A stretch of DNA of 63,510 nucleotides, the filler included, from Collodictyon triciliatum (taxonomy: Eukaryota): NCBI GenBank assembly GCA_043381765.1. It is 5 parts of 5 records of this genome, joined end to end, with 100 filler letters (N's around TTAATTAATTAA, not from the genome) between each part and the next. Parts side by side here need not be neighbours in the genome. Positions count along the whole stretch, not along the records: positions 1 to 19,096 come from JBHJMP010001471.1; 4 more parts are not named here. One strand, 5' to 3'. The translations under genes were made by a program, and so were the position numbers. The notes below the pieces were generated by a model, which was not told the DNA's origin, ran no database searches, and saw only the letters and a program-made list of their open reading frames with translations. This document shows positions 1 to 11,700 of the stretch, piece after piece (within the stretch, counting starts at the first letter, position 1; each line of letters starts with the position of its first letter).

Positions 1-18
1 TGGGGAGCATAAAACAAG

Positions 19-108
<90 letters not shown>
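19..108. repeat. (TAA)n microsatellite, intronic
   Basis: About 30 perfect TAA units, downstream (minus sense) of a GTATGC donor at 154. Confidence 0.95.
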
Positions 109-110
<2 letters not shown>

Positions 111-154
111 GAATAGAATATAATAGAATAGAATAGTCTCAGAAACAGGCATAC

Positions 155-1117
155 CTATCAGTTGTGCCGACAAAAGGATTATAGCTTGGCGGATGAGTCT
201 TCCTACTCTCCTGCTTTTCCGGAGCGTCCGAGCCTTCGGCTATCTGCTTCTCCGGCTCTTTCGCCTTACCCTCCTCACACGCCGCCTTCTCACCCGGCAC
301 CACAGACGAACCCACCGATGCCATCGCCACAACCTCAAAGGCTGACGAGTCACTGAGCCGAAGCGTCGAGTCATCAGGGCCCCCGACAGCATCGCTCGCA
401 TTGAGCGGACGATTCTGCTTCATGGCCGAACCAAACAGGTTCTTGGAGTGGCGACGCTCAGGGACTGCAGACCTGTCCCACTGCGGCGGGGCGATGGGCG
501 TCACATCTGCGTGGAAGGGCGCATCTGAGCGGGATTGTCTGCGCGGCGAGTGCGCGGCGAAGACGGGCGAAGACACAAGCGAGGGCGCGTCTTTTGGCAG
601 ACGCGTGGCTGTGGCTGTGGCTGTGGCTGTGGCTGTGGCTGTGGCTTTGCCTTTGGGCAGATGCGGGTCGTCCTCGTGCGAGCCACTGATGACAAAGGAC
701 AGAGTCTGCGCAGCCGCGTCCCAGTCCGATGTGGCCGATGAGAGCGGCGAAGGCAGCAGCTCTGCGATGGGTGTGGCCGTGTCTGTGGGGGTTTCAGTGA
801 CGTCCAGAAAGCGCGATGCAAGGCGTGTGGCTGTGGCAGGTCTCTGTGGCGTGGTTGTGGCTGTGGCTGTGGCTGTGGCTGTGTGGATGGCCGAGACGTC
901 CCACAAGCGCGAGTGGTCTGTGGCAGCGCGCTGGACGGACGGGGTTGTCTCCGCCAGGAAGGACGGGAGGCTGAAGGACGGCGCCGTGTCTGATTCGTCC
1001 GTGTTCGCCGTGGAGGCGTCGTCCAGGCGGGAAAGTGGCTCCAGGGACGATTCCTCGCTCATGTGCTTTGCTCTTGGTGTTTGGCTGTGTGTTTTTGCCT
1101 CGGAGGCCGGCTGGCTC
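155..1117 (-). CDS. Large internal exon of an unknown gene; Ser/Thr/Ala/Pro-rich, probably disordered, with (TA)n runs
   Basis: GC-rich open frame of about 320 codons bounded by AT-rich sequence. Putative acceptor AAAG near 1118 and donor AG|GTATGC at 154. No ATG start in frame (the ORF caller used TTG). The rest of the gene lies in the N gap or outside the window. Confidence 0.6.
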
Positions 1118-1194
1118 CTTTTCAAGATTTCAATAACTTTTTTTTATTCGTATGATTGTTTTTTGTTTTTTGTTTTTTGTTTTTTTGTTTTTTT

Positions 1195-1271
<77 letters not shown>

Positions 1272-2230
1272 NNNNNNNNNNNNNNNNNNNNNNNNNNNNN
1301 NNNNNNNNNNNNNNNNNNNNNNNNNNNNNNNNNNNNNNNNNNNNNNNNNNNNNNNNNNNNNNNNNNNNNNNNNNNNNNNNNNNNNNNNNNNNNNNNNNNN
1401 NNNNNNNNNNNNNNNNNNNNNNNNNNNNNNNNNNNNNNNNNNNNNNNNNNNNNNNNNNNNNNNNNNNNNNNNNNNNNNNNNNNNNNNNNNNNNNNNNNNN
1501 NNNNNNNNNNNNNNNNNNNNNNNNNNNNNNNNNNNNNNNNNNNNNNNNNNNNNNNNNNNNNNNNNNNNNNNNNNNNNNNNNNNNNNNNNNNNNNNNNNNN
1601 NNNNNNNNNNNNNNNNNNNNNNNNNNNNNNNNNNNNNNNNNNNNNNNNNNNNNNNNNNNNNNNNNNNNNNNNNNNNNNNNNNNNNNNNNNNNNNNNNNNN
1701 NNNNNNNNNNNNNNNNNNNNNNNNNNNNNNNNNNNNNNNNNNNNNNNNNNNNNNNNNNNNNNNNNNNNNNNNNNNNNNNNNNNNNNNNNNNNNNNNNNNN
1801 NNNNNNNNNNNNNNNNNNNNNNNNNNNNNNNNNNNNNNNNNNNNNNNNNNNNNNNNNNNNNNNNNNNNNNNNNNNNGTTTGTTTGTTTTTTTGTTTTTTT
1901 GTTTTTTTGTTTTTTTGTTTTTTTTGTTTTTTGATGTCATTGTTAATTATCGGATTCGTTTGAATTTTTTATGGTTTGAATGTCGTATTCGGTTAAATTA
2001 CATTTGTGGAGATTATAGCACTATATACCTTTTTGTGATAAATGAGCAAGCAGCACACAAGTTAATCCACAATTATTCCTTTTAACGTATGATGCCTGTC
2101 ACCTACTACATCTTGTTTACATCAAGTGCGTATATCAAACTGCCGCAACAAAAGGCCGTTGATCTGGCATAGGGTGCAAAAAAGGAGCAAAACGAAGAGA
2201 AGAACGCACAAGAGCGAGGACAATCACAAG

Positions 2231-3349
2231 ATGCCGCTGAACGACCAGCTGATCCCTGTGCGCTTTGTGATGACAGCCATCCACTTTATCCTGGTGCTCA
2301 TGATGTATGTTGGCCGGGTCTGTCTTCTTTTTCATTATATTGCTTCACAGGGTTCTCAGAGCCAATCAATAGGTAGATAACATAAAAGCCCAGGTCGGCA
2401 GCCTCTACAGCAGCAGCGAATACGATGAATGGGATCAAACGTAAGTTTTATCCATCCGCAAGTAAACTGGACTCTACGCAAGTTGCATGACTCCATTAAA
2501 AAAAGGACATGTTATCCTCACCCCTCCTTTCCTTTTCCTTTTCCTTTTCCTTTTCCTTTTCCTTTTCCTTTTTTTTTATTTAATTCTTCACATGGCCTAT
2601 ATTGGCCAATCAAGCCACCAAACGTCGCCGCTTTTGCTTTTCTTCTTTTCTTTAACCTCTTTTACACAGTGTGAAGGGAGCGACAGCATTATCGATTATA
2701 TGCTTCATGATTACGATTCCTAGTTTGATGGCAGGGTTCACCATGTTTTTTCCAACTCTAAACGCGGCTCGTATCCTATATGAAAATAGATCCTTTAGAA
2801 CATACAATAATTCATAGAAAAAATTGGATACTGTGGATATTGTATTCATAATTTTAGTGCTTTCCTTTGGTTCAACGGACGTTTACATGATAAATTCCCA
2901 CATGATTGCGTTCGTTCCATGCTTATCTCTTTTGTCCATTATTTCTCAAATATCCGGGTTCAACAATCACCTTCAACCAAGTTGCATGCACGAAATGTGT
3001 CTTCCTTAACCAGAGAGACGTATGCATGCATTTCTGTGGCATCATCACATTTTCGACCTACATCACAAGCGAATGGGGAGCAAGCAACGTTTGGTGGATA
3101 ATCTGTACATTCAAGTAAAATATCACTCTTTGAATACCAATTCGCCATACTCATATTGCACAACCAACGCGACCCAATACCATGTGCTTCTGTCTATATT
3201 AGTTTTCCCCTGTGTTCTGATGACAAAGTACACAAAATAATGATTTATAAACAACTAAATTGTTCATCTACTTATGTAGCCTCATCCCCACACTGCTGGA
3301 AATCGCCGCCTTGGCCAGCATCTTCGTTTTCAGAGTGCACAAGTTCTGA
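2231..3349 (+). CDS. TMEM107: Transmembrane protein 107, ciliary transition-zone (MKS module) protein; 5 exons, 140 aa
   Basis: Exons 2231-2317, 2373-2440, 2670-2770, 3018-3114, 3280-3349 splice in frame to MPLNDQLIPVRFVMTAIHFILVLMMYVGRVDNIKAQVGSLYSSSEYDEWDQTVKGATALSIICFMITIPSLMAGFTMFFPTLNAAHVCMHFCGIITFSTYITSEWGASNVWWIICTFNLIPTLLEIAALASIFVFRVHKF. This fits the TMEM107 pattern (LxPxRF..H, NIxA, EY, GxxMF, H, W..W, PxxxE) with four TM helices. Confidence 0.92.
2771..3017 (+). other. U12-type (minor spliceosome) GT-AG intron in TMEM107
   Basis: 5' end GTATCCTA; branch site TTCCTTAAC at 3002-3010, 7 nt before the acceptor AG ending at 3017; no polypyrimidine tract. Removing it restores the frame (C|AC, His). 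Confidence 0.85.
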
Positions 3350-3709
3350 GCGATGAAGACATGACTTCACTGTTCCCTCGGACAACGGACATCTGCAGTT
3401 CACTAATTGTGGAATAAACATTTTTTCGATTCCTTTTGCCGATTAACGCGAATCGGCCCAGTTTTTTTTTTTTTGAGTAAGGCCACACTAGCAAAAATGT
3501 TTTTTTTTATTCACAAAGATGAAGATGACGCATCGACTGACCTCGTTTTTCATTCTTCAACTTGGTTGGAAAGAATGGAAAAAAAAAGGGAGTTATTTCT
3601 CCCTCTTTCCTATCGCTTTTTTTCTTTCTTTCTTTTCCTTTTGTTTCACTGTACTTTCATCCACCGATGTTCTTGCTGAAGCAGACTCAATGTTTCGATA
3701 CAGAACTGA

Positions 3710-6700
3710 ATGGCCATCTGGCGGCTGCCCGCTCTCCAATCTATGCGGGTGCACAAGTTTACGTCTCCTGCATTGACCCAGGCCGCCAACTTCCTGGTAA
3801 GCTCAACACATTCATAAGTTCATTTTTTTTAAAGTCTTTTTCTTCTTCTCTCCCTCTCTCGCTCATCATACGCACAGATACAACAACTAGCTTTCTAACA
3901 TTCTGAGCGAAAAAAAAAAAAAAAGCAAATTCGGGCTCTTAGTGCACCTGTTAAGCCAAAGGAGCAGCGTCCTCCCGTGGTCCCAGGTTTCATATTCTTG
4001 CTTTAGCTTTGGCCCCAACAACTTTGCAATTGATTCCCAGCCTTATTACCCGTTAACTGTTTCCCGGCAGAATATCAGCCTGGACATATATGTTTTTCAT
4101 TCTTTTGTTGTTTCTCGCTCCGTTCTCCCAACCCACCGCCTTTTTATCATTCTCTCGTGTTTTTTCATTTCATTTTTTTTATCATTTATTTTCGGTAAGT
4201 ATCCTCATTTTTGTTGGTCGTTCTTTTCTCTCTCTCTATTCCACAGGAACAAATCCACTTGATGAGTACAAGAGACTGGTTGACATCAAGTTCATTAATA
4301 ACGACCCTGACCAATTGGTTCGCAAATCATTCATAATATGATGCTTTCTTATAATGACATCTATTCTGTCTGACCGTGAATTGATTTGTCTATGTATATC
4401 TTAATTATGTGCAATTGCACATCGGCTTTTTCATATTGTGCCCGTTGATTTTTGGTTGCACTGTTAAACGTGAAAAGAAAACTTCAAAGTGGAATCCCAT
4501 TTCACCATTTCTTTTATTTCGTCTGAGGCATAGTTTACTAATTATTTACGAAACAGGCCACCATGGTTTTGATGCAGGAAATGTTTGAGCGCATCAAAGG
4601 CTACTCCCCAAGCGGAACTGGCCTCTCATCATTCCAACTGTTCAAGTGGATGGGCTTGGTATTACGATTCATAGATAATTGAAATTTCTAGGTACATCCC
4701 TACCATCTCAATATGTCGAAAGAAATACATATAAATAATTGATACATCCCGACTCGCATGCAACACAATACCAGAACAAGAAGCCACCAAAAGGCGTGTA
4801 TCTCCACGGTGGTGTTGGATGTGGAAAGACGATGATGATGGATTTGTTTTATGAATGCGTCCCAACTGAGAAGAAGAAAAGAGTCCACTTCCACTCGTTT
4901 GTAAGGATTCTGTATTGCCCTTCATACTACGTTGCATCGTGAATAGTATGTTGGTATCAACTTTAGTATTCACAGATAGTATCGAAGCATATTGAGCGGT
5001 CTCACAAGTTGTATCATCCGTGTTATTTTTATTTTTTTTTTTACATAACCTCCGTCTATTGGGTGTCTTTTTTTTTCTTCCCTTCGACTGGTGTGTGAAT
5101 ATTGATTCAAACATACCTTTTGTCTCCTCCTTTCACATGGCGCAAAGATGCTTGACTGCCACGCTCGAATCCACAAATACCGGAGCCTTCCCGAATTTAA
5201 GGACGTGACTGATCCAATCCCCCCACTTGCGCAAGAGTTAATGGATGAGGCATGGCTCCTTTGTTTTGATGAGTTTCAAGTCACTGATGTGGCTGATGCA
5301 ATGATTTTGAGGCGTCTATTTGACAAGATGTGGCAACTCGGTTTGTCTCCCGAAAAAAAAACCCGATTAGTATCTTCAAAATTATAGCATAGAAAAGCGA
5401 AATGAATACATTTTTTAGTTTAGAACTGTTATTATTATCAGTATCATTATCGTTATCATTAAAAATACACACCTGCAGTTTCATCGTCCTCTATTTCTTT
5501 AAACAAAAGCGAAACCATCTGATCAATTCTCCCCATCACACCTCTACCATAACATATTTGGTGTTTTCTAGGCTGTGTTATGGTAGCAACGTCAAACCGC
5601 ACACCGAAGGATTTATACAAGAATGGACTGCAGCGGTTCCTCTTCTTACCATTTATTGACCAGCTACTCGATAATTGCATCGTACATCATATCGATTCGG
5701 GGCGGGACTATCGTCTTCTCGGCTCGCTGTCGCAACACTTATACAATACACCGCTGGGCCCCGAAACGACCAACACGATGAGGCACACATACTCTTCTTA
5801 TTTCGCAAATCCGCCATCCTTTTCCTTCTTTTTTTTTAGCGAAAAAAGAAAAAAAAGAAAGAAAAAACGAAACCATCCAAGTCTATGCGTGTCTTGATTA
5901 CCCAAATCTTTACGGCAGATTTCTTCACTCATCAGTTAATGCTCAGGGGATTGTTTCGTAAAGTTGCTCGTCTGAGCGGACCGGAATATGACAACAAGCC
6001 ATTTGAAGAGATTGCTCCTCCAACCACAATCGAAGTAATGATGAATCGAACCGTCAAGGTCCCGCATGCAGCAAACAAAGTGGCCTACTTCACATTCGAC
6101 CATCTCTGTAAGGTATGTATCCCCCCAGCGCCATAATTATTCCCCCAACCAATTTAAACCAGGAATAAAGTTGCGTAAAAGCAAATTCTTGCTGGACAGA
6201 ACCCACTCGGAGCGGCAGACTACATGGCCATCAGCCGCAACTTCCATACTGTCTTCCTCGACGGCATTCCAAGAATGACACTCTACCAAAAGAACGAGGC
6301 CAGGCGCTTCATCACCCTGCTGGACGAGATTTACCAGCACAAGGCGGAGTTTATCCCACATAAAACAAATAAAATAAATAGAAAAAATCCTACAAAAAAA
6401 AAACAACAACAACATTAAGCCAATAAATAAATGAATAAATAAATAAATGCAGGTGAAGCTCGTGTGCGGAGCGGAGGCCAAGGCAGACTCGCTCTTTGTG
6501 AACGAGGTGTCGCTGGACGTGTCTGAACTGTCGCAGGCGGAGCGCGAAATGATGGACGCGATGGGCCCCGGGCAGGCGAGCGGCGACGGGCCGACGAGGA
6601 TGCAGACGGGAAGCCTCTTCACCGGGGAGGACGAGGTCTTTGCCTTTGCCCGCGCCGTCTCCAGACTCACGGAGATGCAGACGCACGAGTATCTCGAGCT

Positions 6701-6725
6701 GCAGCCCATTCACCAGACTGCGTAG
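3710..6725 (+). CDS. AFG1: AFG1/LACE1 (ZapE-family) mitochondrial P-loop ATPase, about 10 exons
   Basis: Spliced motifs [22 protein letters not shown] (Walker A), [26 protein letters not shown] (Walker B), [51 protein letters not shown]. Putative first exon 3710-3796 encodes an acid-free, Arg-containing presequence-like stretch ([29 protein letters not shown]); this start is less certain. Confidence 0.95.
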
Positions 6726-6870
6726 CCGCCCGCACGTCCCCCGGCCCAGCGCGCCTGTAGATTAGATTAAAGTATCTCCGAGTCACGTCTCCTGCGCGGC
6801 CGCCATCGTGGCCTTTTTCCTCTTTTCCTTTTCCTAAGTCTCGTTATTCCTTGCAAACATTTTATATATA

Positions 6871-8733
6871 TTAATAGTTAGCGGCCACTGTGGCTGTGGA
6901 CGGTGTGTACTTTGGGTCGGCGATACGCCCGTAACAGAGGAGAGGGAAATAGAACGGAAGGGGTTGGCAGCAGCCAAGGCGTTTGCAACTCGTCTGCATC
7001 GCGTCGGGGTTCAGTAAGAAAGCCCGAGGTTGACCAGACCTGTGTGTGCGTCCAAAGTCGGGAGAGTGAGCAGAAAGTCGTGTGAGATTCCAGCGTTTTG
7101 CTTGGGAGTCAGTAGCATGATATTGTATGTAGATGTGTCTGTCTGTCTGTCTGTCTGTTTGTTTGTTTGTTTGTTTGTTTGTTTGTTTGTTTGTTTGTTT
7201 GTTTGTTTGTTTGTTTGTTTGTTTGTTTGTTTGTTTGTTTGTGTGTTTGTGTGTATGTGTGTGTAGATGTGTGGCTTCAAGAAGGGTTGTGAGGAAAAGA
7301 ATCCATAGAAAAGTGAAAGGAAATCGAAATGAAAGAGGGCAGGGGAACCATACGCTGTGATGGGTCTGCGGTGGGCTCCTCTCGGTCCAGAATCAGGGAA
7401 ATCGAGTGCAGGCTGGTGTGAAGGAATTGGCTGGTGTTGATTTCTGGTACGCCGGACTCGATTGCAGGGGCGCCTGTCGGTTGGTTTTTTTTTTTGAACA
7501 AGTGCATTTGTTAAGCAATACGGATATGAGTCAATTCTCCCAGTTACATATGTGAAAGAAAAAAGAAAGAAAAAGCACGCTGATTCAGAGCGCACAACAC
7601 AAAACAACGATCATAATAATAATAAAAGAAAAAAGGTGACAAGAGAACTGACATTGTTGTGCCTGAATAACAGCGGCGTGTTTCTTTGGGGCGTCCTTAT
7701 CCGCAAACTTGTAAGACAGATCGTGGTAGATGTGTTTGTAATGGAAGTTTTCGTCCGAAAAGTCTACCTTCAGCTCTCCCTTCTGGACACGCTCCATCCA
7801 CATGCTCCATCGTTGGCGACACTATATAGGTAGATACCGAGAGGATATGGCGTGAGTTGCGCATCACGCTTTCACCCGACTGCAAAGTCGAGTTATTAGG
7901 AAAAGGATCTGACAGGCAGCCCGAAGCAATTAAGGAAAGCTGGTTGGAATTGGGCAAGCCGGATGGATGATTTGGAAAGGGTGGTATCCACAACGGGGTA
8001 TCCGGCTGCTTGTAAAGGCGGTTCGTGTCGGGCATTTACGGAAGGAGAAAAGATGAGAAAAGATATGCCGTTTTCTTTCATGTCTGCGCACCTGCACATC
8101 GGTTCGCCCGTGTACTCCTTTGGCAACCCACCTCCACGACCGAGTGCCTGTCTTGCGGATGCTCTCCAAAAGCCACCGGTCCTCCTCCACTGACCACGCC
8201 CTGTCAACATAAATGAAACACCGGGCTGTCAGCCATCTTGCTACGCCAGGATGGTGGCCGGGTTCGGCGTCACCGTGCATATAAAAAAAGTCATAAGAAA
8301 GGCTCAGGAACGCCTACCCTTTTCGGATAGTCGGAGACAAGACTCGGGACCAACGTTGGCTGCACTGCCACCCAGTCCGGTCAATCACAAGGGCAATCTG
8401 CACAATCACCAGGCAGCAGGCGTCAGGGTGCTTCAGAAGGGTATCATCGAACAACGAGACAAGATATCGGATCATGGGAGTAGCGAAAGATGAATTCCAG
8501 GATACTTCAAGTGGGCGTACCTTGGTCCAGTGAACCGTCTTGGTAGATTTGATGACTTCTTGACGTAAGTAGTTGTCCTCCTCGAGTGTCCATCTGCGGC
8601 ATGCCTTCCTCAGTCTTCCAGTGACTGGGTCTCTTGCGGTATCTTTAGTGCAGCCCGCTTCGGTGGGCGACATCTCCTGGTTAGAGACATCGCTGCCTGC
8701 TGCCTTACTGGATTTCCTGCTACCCTTTGGCAT
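6871..8733 (-). CDS. Myb-family transcription factor with two Myb repeats
   Basis: Spliced repeats RRWTLEEDNYLRQEVIKSTKTVHWTK|IALVIDRTGWQCSQRWSRVLSPTIRKG|AWSVEEDRWLLESIRKTGTRSWRWVAKGVHGRTDVQ|CRQRW. The 3' exons are uncertain; possible stops are 7585, 7393, 7011 or 6871. Confidence 0.85.
7136..7245. repeat. (TCTG)n/(TTTG)n microsatellite, probably intronic
   Basis: Tandem tetranucleotide units read directly. Confidence 0.95.
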
Positions 8734-11700
8734 CCTGGCTATCTGGTCCTTCTCTGCGTGATGACAAGAGTTGTATTCAAGGATGAATATAGGAATTCAA
8801 AGGCTGAAAATAAGAACAAGAAAAGATTGTGAGAACAAGGCATGATTCCCTTGAAGGAGGGCTGGGTATGTTAAAATTGTTTCTGGTTGCTCAATTATTG
8901 TGTGAGAAAGCTTTGAAAGTCTAGCTCATATGAAGTCGATTCGAGTCGCAGAATTCGAAAGAAAGAAAATAACAGGTGAAGTGCAATCATATCCTGCTAT
9001 CACTGAGTGTAAAGGACGTGACAAGTCCATTTTGATTCACGCATAAAATATTTGATTGATTGTAAAAGGATGAATGGTAATGCAAAATAAGTGCGTGTTG
9101 ATTCCGATCACTGGTTTAGGACATTAGAAGCTCTATTGTCCATCCAACAAAATGCAAACACAGCGCACCCAGCAGAGAAAAGATATATTACACTTCTATA
9201 TTCGAGCGGTCAAACTTGAGAGAAAGACGTGATCATTCAACCATGAAAAAGAGTGAAAATTGCAATGGCAATCAGCTACACAGAGTGAATACCCCCATCA
9301 AACTATAGCGTAAAAGTAAACAAATGAAGACGTACAACTAGACTTTACAGTAATTGTAATTTTCATGAACCTTTTAAATAGAGTGTATTAGTCACCTCTC
9401 GCATGCAATTAAGATACGTGATTAAAACCGTTTTTTTTTTTTTTTGTAGTTTCATTTAAGTACAACGATAATATTTCTGGCCGTGTGAATTCATAAGATA
9501 ACCATTTTAAAATATACGGCAGAAACACGGGTGTTTCTCATACAGGAGAGCACATGAGGTGGAATTTTTTTGTTTCCAATGTATATGTCCACTGATATCC
9601 AGAGATGACCAATTGTGATTGCAAACTCAAGTCAAAATGAAGATAACATTTGATCACGTTTGGGAAGCCAAATGGCAAGATGCTTGAAGCAGTCTGATCA
9701 CTTCAGGTTGCATATGGTGCTTTATATTTGCTAGGTTGGACAGTATGTCTTGTTAGAAAGGGAAATGTACAAAATTTGACCAGTAATATATATCATAGAC
9801 TCTGTTCAGTGTGGCGTGTGCTTGCGAAATACCTGTTCCACAGATTTAGATCTTCAAACTTGGAAGACGCAGTCTGTTCATGTTGCAGGGTACAGGGGAA
9901 TCATTTCATTTTACTTTCCCGTTGAATAATTGCAGCCTAATCAAACAATTAACTTATTCCAAAAAAAATAACATGATTCTCACTGTGATATATCCAATTC
10001 AAGGGCTTCTTGTGATGATATACTTGTTTTGAATTCGAGGTTATGGTCTCGGGTTTGTGCCTTCAATGATACTGAAGGTGTTTGGTTATCGAGCCAAATA
10101 TGTGGAAGTCACTGATAGGCCCAGTATAAAATAGGGCACACCATTATTACCATCATGGCAACAATCTGATGCCCTTAAAGGAGTGGTGGTTGTGCCAAAA
10201 AGTTCCCCTTTCCTATGCAAGTCGCTATCAAAGGGTGTCTGCCTCTAGGGTGACGGGAGGCGCTGTGCAACCGCTTGTAGCTTGCTTGCTAGGGAACTAA
10301 AAGGTACACCGCACAGAAGCCAACCAAGTCATGGCGTATGGACCTATGTTTTTGAGATCAGGTCAGAATGCTTACAAGTCAAGACTTTGATCTGTTTGTC
10401 TTGTTGGCCATGAGAAAGCAGAGAACAAAGCCGAGCAAGACCCGAGAAAAGTGTGGTGCGGGCCATTCCGTGGTGTCACAAAGCACAGGCAGGTGTTCAG
10501 GAAGGCAAGTACGCACAGAGGCAGGGGACTGAAGGGTTGAGTCTTTTAGTTGGTGTGCAAAAGACAAGTGTTACCTTCTCGAATGTGTGGTGGCTCGCTA
10601 CACGCCGAAGAGTTTCCCTTTTTCTACCACCTCAGGAAATCTTAGGCCCGCACCCAATTTAAACTTGGTTGGCCGTAAACACACAAAGAATTTTGACGGA
10701 AGTGGATTTGTGCCTTGGGTTAGGATTCAGGCTGCTTGCCACCGCGCGATGGACATTGCGTCACAATCTCTGAAAGCAGACACACGGAAGGGTTTGGCCA
10801 GCACAAACCGAATGTCCATAGAAAGAAGAAAATGGGGAAACCCAGTTCAAAATTCTACTTTGGAGCACATGGTTTGGTTTCTGTGGTTTGTGTGAGGAGG
10901 GTTATGTTCGTTGAGAGGTGGAGTTCAAAATAACAGAGGGTTCTTTGGTATGGCGCTGTGCTCAAGCGATCCCCTCCAGCACTGGCTTAGGCATTGCCTT
11001 GTGATACATGAATATTTGTGCTCTTTACAGATCGGATGTGCACATGTCTGCAAGGAAGTCAAAGATTAACCCTGTTCTTTCCAGGCAGTTGCATGCCAAC
11101 CACCATTCGGCTTGCGTGGCTGGTCACTTGCATCCTCTCACCAATCGCGATTGAATTTTCTCCTCTCAGAGGTTCGTATGTCTTATCTTCCAAAAAAAAA
11201 AAAAACGGAGGGAAAAGCATAGTGGTGTGAGACGAGAGTAAATCAACGAGAAAAACGATACTAATTGATCCCCACAAAGAAAGTCCCGATTATGCCAGCT
11301 TCGTCGTGCGAAGATGAGTCCGACGGGTTGGTAGCTCAAAAAAAAAATATTTTCAGTGCCTAAATCATCTAACTAATTTCCTCAAAGTCCAGACTAAGAG
11401 ATCTCCTCTGAGATGGAAAGACATCTGGTTAACCGCCTTCCCGGAGGAAACTCATCCTCGGTATGGTCTACACGGCAGAGCACATTGGGTTGATTGAATC
11501 TTGTTTGCAAAATCATTCCTTTTTTTTTCCTTTCTTTTTCACTTTCTTAATAATGGAAACCCGCAATCGATCGTAACGCGTCTATTAAATACGTTTTTGA
11601 TGCATAGGGTCCGTAACGTGGCTTACGTGGTAAAGGCTGAGGAGGCTTTGCAGTGTCCGTCGCTCACGCTCAGGTCATCAGATCTTGCGGGCACAAAACC

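Noticed and set aside
401-2085. Long ORFs crossing N gaps (also 22721-23283) and the antisense ORF 401-1963
   Set aside because: Artefacts of Ns, poly-T and the GC-rich opposite-strand exon.
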